From: Obrimoposthia wandeli
Lineage: Eukaryota
NCBI GenBank assembly: GCA_977020255.1
Contig: CDROCS010006560.1
Span: 1 to 64,000, forward strand
DNA length: 64,000 nt
Direction of reading: 5' to 3'
Shown here in pieces: positions 21,637 through 32,447 of the stretch. Under the pieces are notes generated by a model, which ran no database searches, was not told where the DNA came from, and was given only the letters and a program-made list of their open reading frames with translations. The position numbers and the translations under genes are program-made. Numbering within the stretch: the first letter of the stretch is position 1; each line of letters starts with the position of its first letter.

Positions 21637-21882
21637 GTGGAGCCAAGCACCCCTCAAGTCAAGGCTGAAGTCAAAGTTAAAAGCGACACCATTACAGCAG
21701 CAGCAACCGTAAAAACAGCAACAACAGCAACGGTAAAAAAGGTCGACGCCACTAACAAGGCTCCTGCAGTCAAGAAAGCGACAAGCGACACGGCGGTAAA
21801 AGCAACAACCAAGGCAACAACCAAGGCGGCAACCAAACCAACAAAGAAGCCACAAAGCCAGCCAACCACAAAGACAATTTAA
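21637..21882 (+). CDS. Ala/Thr/Lys-rich low-complexity ORF in frame with rplU (probable L21 C-terminal tail beyond a single TAG)
   Basis: Same frame as rplU and separated only by TAG-ATA; KATT repeats. Confidence 0.5.
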   Translation: MEPSTPQVKAEVKVKSDTITAAATVKTATTATVKKVDATNKAPAVKKATSDTAVKATTKATTKAATKPTKKPQSQPTTKTI

Positions 21883-21905
21883 TTAAGAATAATTAATATA
21901 AAACA

Positions 21906-22151
21906 ATGGCCACAAAGCGAACAGGAGGTATTAGCAAGAAGACCGGAGACCCTATTGGTAAGAGACTCGGTGTAAAGAAATTTGGAAGCGAGGCTGTGAG
22001 GCCTGGCAATATAATTGTCCGTCAAAGGGGAACTATGTTCAGACCATGCAACAACGTAGGCATAGGTCGTGATCACACAATCTTTGCCCTCAAGGAAGGT
22101 AAGGTACTGTTTCACATACACAGGAGCAAAAAGTATATTTCGGTCGTATAG
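21906..22151 (+). CDS. rpmA: 50S ribosomal protein L27
   Basis: MATKRTGG...[10 protein letters not shown]...[10 protein letters not shown]...GRDHTIFAL. Confidence 0.97.
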   Translation: MATKRTGGISKKTGDPIGKRLGVKKFGSEAVRPGNIIVRQRGTMFRPCNNVGIGRDHTIFALKEGKVLFHIHRSKKYISVV

Positions 22152-22427
22152 ACACCCACAAAAATCCCCCAACAGTCCCCAAAAACTCTCCAGCTCTCCA
22201 AATCCAAATCTCCAAAAAAGGCGCGTACACCTGCGCGTCTCTTGCGCACGCGCTATCACCCTAACCTTCGTGTCAGTTTCAATCGATTCGGGCTATTTAT
22301 AACGCATATTTTACATACTTTAACGGCACATCCCATCCATGAGCGGTGCAATCCCATATGCTTTCAAGTGCCCGGCTGGGCTCATATTAAAACACGACCC
22401 CACACAAAAGGCAACCCCCGCTAGACG

Positions 22428-24078
22428 CTAGACAATAGACGCCTGTATGAGGAGCTTGGTATATGGGTCCTTTGCCAGTGAGAGGTCGTGCCCCTCAATC
22501 GTTTCGACGATTTTACTATCCTTCATGGCAATTATCCTATTGGACATAGACTGCACAACACCCAAATCATGGCTGATGAAGATATATGTCGTCTTAAGCT
22601 CTCTTTGTATGTCACTAAGAAGTGATAAAATCTGTTTCTGGATATGGGTGTCTAAAGAGGAAGTGGGCTCATCCAAAATAATCACCGTAGGGCGAAATAC
22701 CAGCGCTCTAGCAATTGCAATCCTTTGTCGCTGACCACCAGAAAATTCATGGGGATACTTACTCAAACAATCAATCGGCATCTTGACACTATCAAGGGAA
22801 TCAATCACCATATTATATCTCTCAAGCCTTGAAAGCTCTGGCATATGTACCTTCAAACCTTCTGATATAATATCCCCAGCGGTAAGATGCGGAGGTAGGC
22901 TGCTGTATGGGTTTTGAAATATCAGCTGAACATTTTTACGTATCTTCAACATCTGTTTGTAGGAGTGTTTTGTATACTTCTCACCTTCAAAAATCACATC
23001 ACCTGATGTAATTGGAACAAGCCTGACAAGTGCTCTAGCAAGGGTAGTTTTACCCGAGCCAGACTCACCAACAATCCCCAAAGTTTCACCAGCCTTCACT
23101 GACAGACTCACGCCGCCAAGCGCCTGAAATGATTCCAACGTCTTGCCCATCGCTGTTCTCTTGGTGGGAAAGCAGACAAATAAGTTTTCACAGCTAATAG
23201 CCATAGTCGCATTGGTATCAGTGGATACGGTGCTATTCCCCAAATGTTGCATTGCATCAACAATTTCACACGCACTTGGATGCTGTGGATTGCTTAACAC
23301 GTCATTGGTCTTGCCACCTTCAACAATTACACCATCAGCCATAACATAAATCCTTTGTGAAACATTTTTCACACATACCATGTCATGGGTAATAAATAGG
23401 ATTGCCGTATTAAGCTTGCTCTGAATCCTCTTCAATAGCTCCAATATCTTCAACTGGACTGTAGCGTCCAATGCGGTAGTTGGCTCATCTGCAACAAGCA
23501 TATCGGGCTCGTTAATTAGAGCCATAGCAATCATAACCCTCTGAAGCTGACCACCAGATAGCTCGTGTGGGTAAGCGCCCATCATCTTATCTATACGTGG
23601 CAACTCTTGAATTTCAACTCGCTAACACCTTCTGTTCAGTCCTTTCACGCGCCTGTTTGTGCGTAATGTTCTTATCGTGAATAAACAGCGGCTCCGACAC
23701 CTGTTTAAAAATAGTTTTATATGGATGCATTGCGGACATCGGTTCTTGAAAAATCATAGAAATCCTATTGCCTCGAATAGCACACATCTCGCGCTCAGAT
23801 AGGTCAAGGACATTAACCCCCTGAAAATTTACCTGAGACTTCTTGCTAAATACAGCAGAATCAGATAACAGCCTCATAATAGACAGCCCAGTTGTCGATT
23901 TTCCGGACCCAGACCCGCCAACCAAGGCGACAGTCTCTCCTTTATTAATATGAATATTGACCCCATTAAGGCAGCTGGTGCTCTTGTTAGTCTGAACAAA
24001 ATCAACTCGAAGGTCTTTTATTTCCAAAAGGGTATTGTTTTTTTTAGTGGTATTGAATTGCGTGTCTTTCATCTTCAA
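22428..24078 (-). CDS. Dual-domain peptide ABC transporter ATPase (YejF/DppD-F type), frameshift near 23610
   Basis: Two Walker A motifs (GGSGSGKST, GESGSGKTT), IFQEPM, YPHELSGGQLQR and YPHEFSGGQRQR. Confidence 0.9.
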
Positions 24079-24125
24079 TCTGTAAGTTATATATATTTTA
24101 ACTAAAGCTCGTGCTTTATATTAGA

Positions 24126-24917
24126 TTATAACGAGAATTCCATGTATATGGAATTTAATAACGAATACGCACGAGCTCTTCCGATAATTACATGATCCAA
24201 GAGGTCTATATCCACAAGCTTTAGGGATTCGCGAATCCTAAAAGTAATCTTTTTATCATCAATAGATGGGGTTGGGTCCCCCGAGGGATGATTGTGGACA
24301 ATTATTACACCCGAAGCAGATGCCAACACAGCCTTCTTAAGTATTTCCGATACATATACCATCGAACTATGCTTGTCACCTGAAGTATGTAAGCTATGCT
24401 CAATCAGCCTATTCTTAGCATTGAGCAAAAACAAATAACAACGCTCTGTAGCATCCAATGCTAAATACTTTTTGCAAAACTGCAACAACGCAGAATCCGA
24501 ATCTATAACAACGGTACTGTTTGTCAGTCTCTCCTTCAGGGCAAATCGCAACACGCAATCATATGTCTTGATGGTTAACGCAGTGGCTTTCCCAACGCCT
24601 GACACTGTCATTAGTTCATCACAAGAGGCATGCAGCACTCCATTAACGGTCTGGAATCTGTCAAGGAGTATTTTTGATACGCCTTTAACGTCTTTACGTG
24701 GTATTGCGGTAAAAAGCAACGCCTCAAGCACCTCATAATGTAACATCGCATCTGGGCTCGCGACAACCCTTCCTTGAACTCGAGATCTGTGTTGTAGGTA
24801 ATGATTTGGCTTATTTGTTATATTGACTGTTGTATTGTCTTGAGGGCTTGTGCCTTCCTCCCTACTGCAACCTTCCAAGCTGACATCTTCGCCAACGAAA
24901 TTTGTTGTATCACTCAT
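24126..24917 (-). CDS. radC: RadC family JAB-domain protein
   Basis: YEVLEALLFTAIPRKDVK, HhH-like VSGVG and VHNHPSGDPTPSIDD..LLDHVII motifs. Confidence 0.93.
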   Translation of the reverse strand: MSDTTNFVGEDVSLEGCSREEGTSPQDNTTVNITNKPNHYLQHRSRVQGRVVASPDAMLHYEVLEALLFTAIPRKDVKGVSKILLDRFQTVNGVLHASCDELMTVSGVGKATALTIKTYDCVLRFALKERLTNSTVVIDSDSALLQFCKKYLALDATERCYLFLLNAKNRLIEHSLHTSGDKHSSMVYVSEILKKAVLASASGVIIVHNHPSGDPTPSIDDKKITFRIRESLKLVDIDLLDHVIIGRARAYSLLNSIYMEFSL

Positions 24918-24983
24918 GATGTGATGTGGGATTCAAAAATCCACTTCAGTTAAAATATATCAAAGGTGCAGGGGTCACAAGGG

Positions 24984-25718
24984 TCACCTCGCCAAGACAA
25001 TAGGGCCATCCTCAGAAATGAATATCTGATGCTCCCACTGCGCAGATAACGACAAATCTCGTGTGACAACAGTCCATCCGTCATTCAAGGTTCGCGACTC
25101 ATGTTTTCCAATGTTAATCATTGGCTCTATTGTAAAACACATCCCAGGCGTAATCTCCTGCCCTTCGCCTTTATTGCCGTAATGGCGAACGATTGGATCT
25201 GTATGAAATTGCGTCCCTATCCCATGACCAGTGTAATCCCTTACCACTGAGTAGTTAAATTGCTCCACAGCAGCCTGTATCGCGTGTCCGATATCGCCAA
25301 TATGGTTACCAGGACGCGCAACTAATACCGCATTCTGTAATGCATCAAATGTAGCCTGCATTAAATTCATAGCACGCCTAGAGGGATTGCCACCATGATA
25401 CATCCTAGAGGCATCGCCAAAATACCCATTCAACCTCAAAGAGATATCAATGTTAAGTATGTCCTTAGGTCCAATTATTTCAGAATAAGATGGTATCCCA
25501 TGACAAATTGTGTGATTCAATGATATGCATGTAGCCTTAGGAAAACCCACCAAAAGTGGGGCTGGCTCAGCATGATGGTCTCGAATGAATTCCTCCAACA
25601 ATGAATCTAGCTTGCCTGTACTAACGCCAGGACGGACATGTGGTGCGATAAAATCCAGCGATTTAATTACCAAATCACACGCTGGGCGAATATTTGAGAG
25701 AAGGTCTTCATTGTCCAT
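24984..25718 (-). CDS. map: Methionine aminopeptidase type I
   Basis: CISLNHTICHGIP, NIDIS, GDASRMY, YTGHGIG, FTIEPMIN and SAQWEHQI motifs. The start was moved to 25718 because the longer ORF overlaps tRNA-Asn. Confidence 0.95.
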   Translation of the reverse strand: MDNEDLLSNIRPACDLVIKSLDFIAPHVRPGVSTGKLDSLLEEFIRDHHAEPAPLLVGFPKATCISLNHTICHGIPSYSEIIGPKDILNIDISLRLNGYFGDASRMYHGGNPSRRAMNLMQATFDALQNAVLVARPGNHIGDIGHAIQAAVEQFNYSVVRDYTGHGIGTQFHTDPIVRHYGNKGEGQEITPGMCFTIEPMINIGKHESRTLNDGWTVVTRDLSLSAQWEHQIFISEDGPIVLAR

Positions 25719-25739
25719 GTCAATAACGGAGGCGCCAAA

Positions 25740-25812
25740 CTCCGGGTGTGGGGCTCGAACCCACGACCTTGCGGTTAACAGCCGCACGCTCTGCCTACTG
25801 AGCTACCCCGGA
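25740..25812 (-). tRNA. tRNA-Asn (GUU)
   Basis: Cloverleaf TCCGGGG..TGCGG-CTGTTAA-CCGCA..GTGGG-TTCGAGC-CCCAC. Confidence 0.95.
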
Positions 25813-25888
25813 ATATAAATTAGATCATTGTGTCTATTATATCATCAAAGATGCATGCCATCAAAACATACATCTATCATGTCAAGTC

Positions 25889-25938
25889 TCCCTTGGCAAT
25901 CCCTTGGCAATCCCTTGGCAATCCCTTGGCAATCCCTT
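25889..25938. repeat. 11-bp tandem repeat (TCCCTTGGCAA x4)
   Basis: Direct reading. Confidence 0.92.
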
Positions 25939-26005
25939 TGAAAGCCCCCCAGCAATCCACTCCATCGTTCCTTAACGGCCAGCAAGCTAGCGGGAAGCAA
26001 GCAGG

Positions 26006-26938
26006 CTAGCTGTACAGCCTTGCCTTACTATCATTATAGGAAAGCATTGCATCAAGCATCACACTAACCAATACACATACACCAAAAAGCGCTGCAACAA
26101 ATCCCGACGTATCCAGAGGCAGTGAATACCCCCACAACACAGGCAACAAACCCGCCATAATATACCCCACTATAGTAATCGTCACCGCAATGACCACCGC
26201 ACCAAGCAGGTATGTCCTGGGGTTGTTATTAAAGAAAACCCCACTAATAACACTGGGACAAACATACAACGCAATAGCTGAAATAATCCCAACAGTGGAA
26301 AACGTCACAACACAAGACATAGCCACAATCGACATAAAGACCAGCTCTATCACATGCCCACGCACCCCAACAGTGCTTGAATAGAGGCGGTCAAATGACG
26401 TCATGATAATCCCGTTAAAGAAGACATAACACGACACACACACATATAAAAATGCAATAAAGAGCTCTAAAATCGGAGCGGGTATATTGCTCCATGTTTT
26501 ATAACTCAGTAGCGCCTCTAGTGAATCCAGCTGAGGCCAAAAAATGGTATCAATGGATCCATAAAGCATATGAATCCCAACTCGACTGTTTGTGAGATGA
26601 AATATATGCAACGCCATCACGCCCAACGCAAAAGAGCCTGTGTAAAAGATGCATATATTGGAAGAAATATCAGCCCCCCTGCGAAAGGCTATCACCAAAC
26701 CATACACTAGAAATGCGGTAGATACCCCCGCAATCAATACTATATCCTTCTCAATATGAATGGATATCACGGTGCCAATAACAATTCCTGGAAAAACGGC
26801 ATGTCCAATTGCATCAACCATCATCGATGATCTCTTTACAACCAAAAACGCCCCCACAAGGCCACACATCAATGCCGCACAAAGCAAAGCAATAAACGGT
26901 GCAAATTCCAACCTAATAATATTATCAATCAACTCCAT
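26006..26938 (-). CDS. Metal ABC transporter permease (TroD-like)
   Basis: CGLVGAFLVVKRSSMMVDAIGHAVFPG, SFDRLYS and VGII motifs; multiple TM segments. Confidence 0.87.
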   Translation of the reverse strand: MELIDNIIRLEFAPFIALLCAALMCGLVGAFLVVKRSSMMVDAIGHAVFPGIVIGTVISIHIEKDIVLIAGVSTAFLVYGLVIAFRRGADISSNICIFYTGSFALGVMALHIFHLTNSRVGIHMLYGSIDTIFWPQLDSLEALLSYKTWSNIPAPILELFIAFLYVCVSCYVFFNGIIMTSFDRLYSSTVGVRGHVIELVFMSIVAMSCVVTFSTVGIISAIALYVCPSVISGVFFNNNPRTYLLGAVVIAVTITIVGYIMAGLLPVLWGYSLPLDTSGFVAALFGVCVLVSVMLDAMLSYNDSKARLYS

Positions 26939-27750
26939 ATGAAATACCCTCTACGTCGCATAATCGCCGCACACGTCGAAATCATAAACAACGAACACAT
27001 CGTGGCTGCAATGATTGCACCAACTGGCAGAGAACAAGCACTCGAAAGCAAAAGAGACACCACACACACGCACCCCCCCATCATAGCTGAGGAAAATATG
27101 AGCAACCTATAAGACGGTATCCAATGCGACAAGGTAGCTGTGGGCACAATCAACAACGACACCATCATTACAGCACCAACTATCATTATCCCCAAAGATA
27201 TAATCAATGTCACCAACAACACCGTCATAAAAGAGAAAAGTGCATTATATCCAAAAGATACACTAGTAAAACCATTGTCAAAAATAGCATATACAAAGGA
27301 CCTATAGAACATAATTAACACAGCGAAGACCCCAAGGCTCACTGTTGTATACCACAAAAATTCTGAGAAAATAAACCCAGGAACCAACGAACCCAAAAAC
27401 GCACTCGAGGCAGAATACTGCACCTCAAGATGTTGCGAAAAGGTAATGAGCACAACATTCAAACCTAAAGTCAAACCCAAAACAGCACCAATGGCAGAAT
27501 CTGGTCTAACGCGCCCCCGTATCAAATAACACAACCCCATAGCAATGAAAGAGGTAATCATCGCACTAATAGATATAAATACGGGGCTCTTGGAATTAAA
27601 TAGCATCACAAACACGGTAACACCAGGCAAGGCACCATGACTTACACAGTCTGACAACATCCCCTGTTGTCGCTGCGCAATAAAAAAACCTACAGCACCC
27701 GAAGAAGCACCAACTAAGAAGTACCCCAAAAAGTCATGGAAGAAAATCAC
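26929..27750 (-). CDS. Metal ABC transporter permease (TroC-like)
   Basis: GAVGFF...MLSDCVSHGALPG, FD and VGAVMMVSLLIVP motifs. Confidence 0.87.
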   Translation of the reverse strand: MIFFHDFLGYFLVGASSGAVGFFIAQRQQGMLSDCVSHGALPGVTVFVMLFNSKSPVFISISAMITSFIAMGLCYLIRGRVRPDSAIGAVLGLTLGLNVVLITFSQHLEVQYSASSAFLGSLVPGFIFSEFLWYTTVSLGVFAVLIMFYRSFVYAIFDNGFTSVSFGYNALFSFMTVLLVTLIISLGIMIVGAVMMVSLLIVPTATLSHWIPSYRLLIFSSAMMGGCVCVVSLLLSSACSLPVGAIIAATMCSLFMISTCAAIMRRRGYFIWS

Positions 27751-28304
27751 TGTATTATCCTACCCTGCTTTAGCTGCATTGCAACATCAAAGCTGTAATC
27801 CAACCTAGACTCATGATGAATACACACCACCAAATGATTTGTATTTCTCAGGTATTTCACGATATCCAGTATCTGCTCCACAGCCTGCATATCGACATTA
27901 TTAAAGGGCTCATCCATGATATATATGGGGGCATCGTTGGCAAGAGCACGGGCAAGGAATACTCGCTGTTGCTGACCATATGACATGCTCCCAATACGCT
28001 TGTAGGCAATCTGAGCAACCCCCATGATATCCATTATCTCCAAGGCACGAGACTTATGTTTTTTAGTGATGAACCCGAAAATGCCATATTCGCGATACAT
28101 CCCCATCAATACCACATCAAGCGCATTGATTGGGAAATCTAAATCCACCTCAACACGTTGAGGAATATAGCTAATGCTCCCTGAATGGGGGCTAAAAGAC
28201 CCCTTATCCATAATGGAAATCACACCAGAATGTGGACTTAAGAGCCCTGTAATCGTCTTCACTAATGTGGACTTTCCAGAGCCATTGTGTCCAATAATTG
28301 CCAC
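27747..28304 (-). CDS. Metal ABC transporter ATPase (TroB-like); 5' end probably frameshifted and extending to about 28400
   Basis: GHNGSGKST, YIPQR..VDLDFPI, SYGQQQRVFLARAL and MDEPF motifs. Confidence 0.87.
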   Translation of the reverse strand: MAIIGHNGSGKSTLVKTITGLLSPHSGVISIMDKGSFSPHSGSISYIPQRVEVDLDFPINALDVVLMGMYREYGIFGFITKKHKSRALEIMDIMGVAQIAYKRIGSMSYGQQQRVFLARALANDAPIYIMDEPFNNVDMQAVEQILDIVKYLRNTNHLVVCIHHESRLDYSFDVAMQLKQGRIIQ

Positions 28305-28603
28305 AGAGGTGCCTAGGTTGAGTTTAAGGTTATCAATCTAGGCTATTTCCTACATATCACACCTTAAGGTCTTTAATGGAAATCGCACAAAAATCGCGTG
28401 GCTTGTTGACTTGGCTGATAATGTCACAAAGCCTTGGATTCTCTTTTACATCCTGAGCGTGACCTGCTGTCACATGGGCTGTCACATGGGAATCTGTGGT
28501 CACATGAGGGTCTGTGGTCACGTTAGGAGTCTTGTTATTATAAATATCGTTATTCATAGGGCCTGTAAGTGTGAAATTGCTACGACAAACCACAGCTCGC
28601 TAC

Positions 28604-30388
28604 CTACAGTGTACCCTTGAGTTCCATGGTGTCATGTATAGTTTTGATTTGATTATACCATGACTTTTTACCTATAGACTTCCCCGACCCCATGATATGC
28701 AAAACGTCACTTGATCTAGTCAGCATAACATACATAAGCCTGTAGTGCTCTTTCATACATCTCTTGCTCAAATACACATCCGTTTTAATACAGTCTGGGG
28801 CAATCACTATAGACGCCTCCATCCCCTTTGCCCCATGCACCGACAGCAACTTCAAACAATCTACATTGTGTACGTTGTTACGAACAACCCCGCTGGGGTT
28901 CGATTGCAAAAATTCTAGCAATGTGTGGCCCTTGTCTATGAGTGAGATAAACTTGTAAATCACAGCGGCGTTGATTTTGTCAAACCCTACAAGCTTATCC
29001 CAATAAGTTGCAATGAGCTCGATATAGAACTCAAATGCACTCATAGTGGGAATGCCTTGGATATACTTCAAGACCCGCTCACCACCATGCTCATTAAGTG
29101 CAACCGCAACTTCGGTGTCGCATAACGGTCCCAGCCTTATGGCGATTTTATAAAACTCATTGTCTGGATATACAGCAAAAATACCAATTGACCTCAAATC
29201 CATCACTACAGATGTATTGTTAATTTCGACTTTTTCATCTGTCACATACTTGATTCCACATGCAAGCAGGCTCCTACAAATAGCTTTGTACAGCACATTC
29301 CTTGTCTGGAACAATATCATTATGTCTTTGTTATTGTCATAGCTCTCAATAACATCCAACACCTGCTTGCACAAAAACTTACCCTGACTACAAGCGGGCC
29401 ATATATCAATGTAACCCTCTAGCGGGCTATTGGTTGAATGCTCAACCCAGTTCGGTGTTACAATACCAACGGTAAAGAGCGTGTTAAGAAGCCTCACAAT
29501 AGCCTTGGGGGACCTGTATGAATGCGGTATTGTGTATTCTCTCCAATGTCCACCACTGGCAACAATGCTACCTTTTAGTATCTCTTTGGATTCTGGCAAA
29601 TATTCAGGAACAGCACCCTGAAATGAGTAAATACTTTGCTTCTTGTCGCCAACAACAAAGCACGTTTTATGGCTCTCGGAAAAACCCTTAACCAAAGTAT
29701 GGATGAGTGCCCATTGCTCCATGTTGGTATCTTGCGATTCATCAACTAGGACATGCTCAAGCTGGTTATCTATCATATCACCAACAGATGAACCCTGTAA
29801 AATAGCATTTGCACTCGTTATAATTTGCGCAAAGGTAAGGATATTCCAGGTCTTCATGACATTAGAGCACGCCTTTTTGACATTAAAAATCAGAGGGTCA
29901 ATCTCTTCCATGCTATTGGCTTCACTAACAAAAGTGCTTTTTAATATACTGAGAATGGATCTGTCCACCTGATAATCATCCATGATGAACATATTCATCA
30001 GCTCTGGATGGGAATCGGCAATCACCTCTTTCACTCGCGCAACAATAAGGCTCTCAAGGCTGGCATCCTCCTCAAAGACAACAAATCCGGGATGTATCCC
30101 TATATCCACTTCGGTGCAATATCTTCTCAGTATACCGTCTGCAAAGGCGTGAATGGTGTTACATTTGACATCCGCTCCGGGGTGCTGATTGTGAACCCTC
30201 TCCAAAATTTCATTGGCTGCATTCTTAGTGTAAGTCAGACAAAGAATCTTCTTAGGCTCCACACCGAGCTCCAATAACTTGGTAACCCTAGCAACCAACA
30301 AGGTCGTCTTACCTGTACCAGCAGACGCCTCAATCCAAATTGAATGCTTACAATCAGTCAGCTGATCAACGCTAAACTTCATATTCAT
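28604..30388 (-). CDS. addA: AddA-like SF1 helicase (helicase core only, no C-terminal nuclease domain)
   Basis: All UvrD motifs are present: ASAGTGKT, LTYTKNAANE, VDESQDT, VGDKKQSIYSFQGA, SYRS, SVHGAKGME and RLMYVMLTR. It lies in tsaE-addB-addA synteny. Start M at 30388. Confidence 0.75.
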   Translation of the reverse strand: MNMKFSVDQLTDCKHSIWIEASAGTGKTTLLVARVTKLLELGVEPKKILCLTYTKNAANEILERVHNQHPGADVKCNTIHAFADGILRRYCTEVDIGIHPGFVVFEEDASLESLIVARVKEVIADSHPELMNMFIMDDYQVDRSILSILKSTFVSEANSMEEIDPLIFNVKKACSNVMKTWNILTFAQIITSANAILQGSSVGDMIDNQLEHVLVDESQDTNMEQWALIHTLVKGFSESHKTCFVVGDKKQSIYSFQGAVPEYLPESKEILKGSIVASGGHWREYTIPHSYRSPKAIVRLLNTLFTVGIVTPNWVEHSTNSPLEGYIDIWPACSQGKFLCKQVLDVIESYDNNKDIMILFQTRNVLYKAICRSLLACGIKYVTDEKVEINNTSVVMDLRSIGIFAVYPDNEFYKIAIRLGPLCDTEVAVALNEHGGERVLKYIQGIPTMSAFEFYIELIATYWDKLVGFDKINAAVIYKFISLIDKGHTLLEFLQSNPSGVVRNNVHNVDCLKLLSVHGAKGMEASIVIAPDCIKTDVYLSKRCMKEHYRLMYVMLTRSSDVLHIMGSGKSIGKKSWYNQIKTIHDTMELKGTL

Positions 30389-32300
30389 AGTGGTACTTCG
30401 TCTCTCGTAAAATAGGCAAAAATGCAGCGGTAATGCTCTTATGTCTCTTTGTGTTGGTATGCCATACCGTAACTTCCTCAGGCGACTCATCATGACAGTA
30501 GGCAATCTCAACTGGAGTAACGGTAATGCTAGGACCATCAACAGAGATTTCATAAATAGCACGCCCCGCTGCCAGCTCGGTGTAGATTGCATGAGCCACG
30601 CTTTGGTCTATATTATAGCTGGACTTCAAAACATACAAATCCCTATCGTTGATAACCCCTACAACAGCTTTGTAAACCATGGCACTATCTACCCTTATAA
30701 AGCACGTCTGATATACCCCCTTCCCCTTCTCAATAATAGCAAGAAGCTCCCTCTTAGCGGACTCAATGTGCGCAGCTCGCATCTTACTATAGAATGCATT
30801 ATTAAACTTAGAGAAGCCCTCCTGAACGTCATACTCCAAACCAAGCGCATGCGCAATTAAAGACTCTTTCATGCATTGGCGATATTGTGACATATCCTGT
30901 CGCCATTGCGAAACGCACTGCCACGGCTTGATGTCTTTGATAAAACGCAAATAATATATCAATCTATCGTTGTGTAAAACCGCAAACTCATATGCACTCA
31001 TAAATCTTGGTAGGGTTATAGTGCGCTCTACTAATAAAGTATTGCTGCGTTTAGGGACTCTAGGGTACTCTATAGCGGCCGGACTTGGGTGCACCGTAAA
31101 GTCAAATATGCTCTCATGTCGGGATATAATACACGTAACATTGTTGTTGTCAAACAAAGACCTCGTCACTGTAACAGAGTTCCTACTGGCAATATCGGTT
31201 AGTATTTCGGCCGTAGAAACGTAACTTGGATGCTGTGAATCCTGCGCAACCTGTGAAATCGCAACTTCACAGTGCACCCCCATAAGGACCGCTGGCGAAG
31301 CATTGAGCCCACCATTGAAGCCTGCCAAGATAACCTTTTGACCCTCTATGCCCGATGCTTGAGTGAGGTTAGATAACACAATCTGTGGCTGTGTGGGATT
31401 CTCGCTCACGCCATCATTTTCATCGAAATCACATTCAAGCGACATAAACGTACTCAACACAGCCTTAGCAAGGTAATGCCGATTGTTGTCTCTAGCTAGG
31501 GTATCTTGATACCTCAATAAGGGGGATGTATCGGGCATCACACCCAGCGCACACGCTATATCATCCACAACTGACAGGCTAAAGCCCCTACCACGATAGC
31601 TATATATAACACTGGTTGCATCCACCCCAGCAAGAAAGCTAACTACCTCGATATCAGATGCCTCCCAGGTGGTAATTGCCTTAATGATTGCCAGAACAGC
31701 CTTGGTAGCAATGTAGCGTGAGCCATGAAGAACGTTCTTATATCCAACCTCGCAGCATTGCAGCCGAGCATACTTGGCATGCAAAATAATGGCATCTTTG
31801 AGCTCCTGATTGGATGTGATGCAAAACACGCGCTTATCTTCGCAGGCAAGCTCGCAGGCAAGCTCGCGGGCAAGCCCCACAATTGCAAGCGCTTCCTGAT
31901 GCACGGAATCGAATGCGAAATAATCCGCGCTATAGGGTGGCCCTTGCTGGCATTCAAAGCTGGACTTGCATATATAATTGTCAATTGCAGCATGAATGGC
32001 AGACTGCTTGGGGTTGGTGTAATTGTGAGTTATATTCACCGCATCGTATGAGTGAACTATGCTCTCCAAAATGACATTAAAATACTCCGCATTCACCCTA
32101 GCTACGCTCCTATTGTACCCAAGGTAACTCAGGTCACCATCCATACAAAAAGCCTTGAAAATCATCTCTTGCATATCATCAATAGTGAGAGATATGCAAT
32201 CAGTTATGAGGGACTCAACACTGGTTATGCCATCTAGGTTGCTCAGTTGATTGTGGCCTGCATACATATGCATGCTCAGTTGGTTTGCAAAGAGTCTCAT
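30372..32300 (-). CDS. Highly divergent AddB-like protein
   Basis: Located between tsaE and addA. LPRFMSAYEF..L.NDRLIYYLRFI..IKP recalls the AddB P..LS.T.I..L..DPY..Y...IL.L.P motif. Confidence 0.5.
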   Translation of the reverse strand: MRLFANQLSMHMYAGHNQLSNLDGITSVESLITDCISLTIDDMQEMIFKAFCMDGDLSYLGYNRSVARVNAEYFNVILESIVHSYDAVNITHNYTNPKQSAIHAAIDNYICKSSFECQQGPPYSADYFAFDSVHQEALAIVGLARELACELACEDKRVFCITSNQELKDAIILHAKYARLQCCEVGYKNVLHGSRYIATKAVLAIIKAITTWEASDIEVVSFLAGVDATSVIYSYRGRGFSLSVVDDIACALGVMPDTSPLLRYQDTLARDNNRHYLAKAVLSTFMSLECDFDENDGVSENPTQPQIVLSNLTQASGIEGQKVILAGFNGGLNASPAVLMGVHCEVAISQVAQDSQHPSYVSTAEILTDIASRNSVTVTRSLFDNNNVTCIISRHESIFDFTVHPSPAAIEYPRVPKRSNTLLVERTITLPRFMSAYEFAVLHNDRLIYYLRFIKDIKPWQCVSQWRQDMSQYRQCMKESLIAHALGLEYDVQEGFSKFNNAFYSKMRAAHIESAKRELLAIIEKGKGVYQTCFIRVDSAMVYKAVVGVINDRDLYVLKSSYNIDQSVAHAIYTELAAGRAIYEISVDGPSITVTPVEIAYCHDESPEEVTVWHTNTKRHKSITAAFLPILRETKYHYEYEV

Positions 32301-32447
32301 GTTCTTTTCACCTTTCTTTTTACCTTTCTTCTCACTTTGCCTTCACCTTAATGTGCTTCACTTTGATAGGTCTATGCTATATTAACACATCAAGGGGAAC
32401 AATCAAGGAACACATCAAGGGGGGGCACAAATCGGACACAGGCTCTT

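Noticed and set aside
25719-25787. map coding sequence overlapping tRNA-Asn
   Set aside because: The extra 23 codons are non-conserved. A start at 25718 leaves a 21-bp gap, consistent with simple co-transcription.
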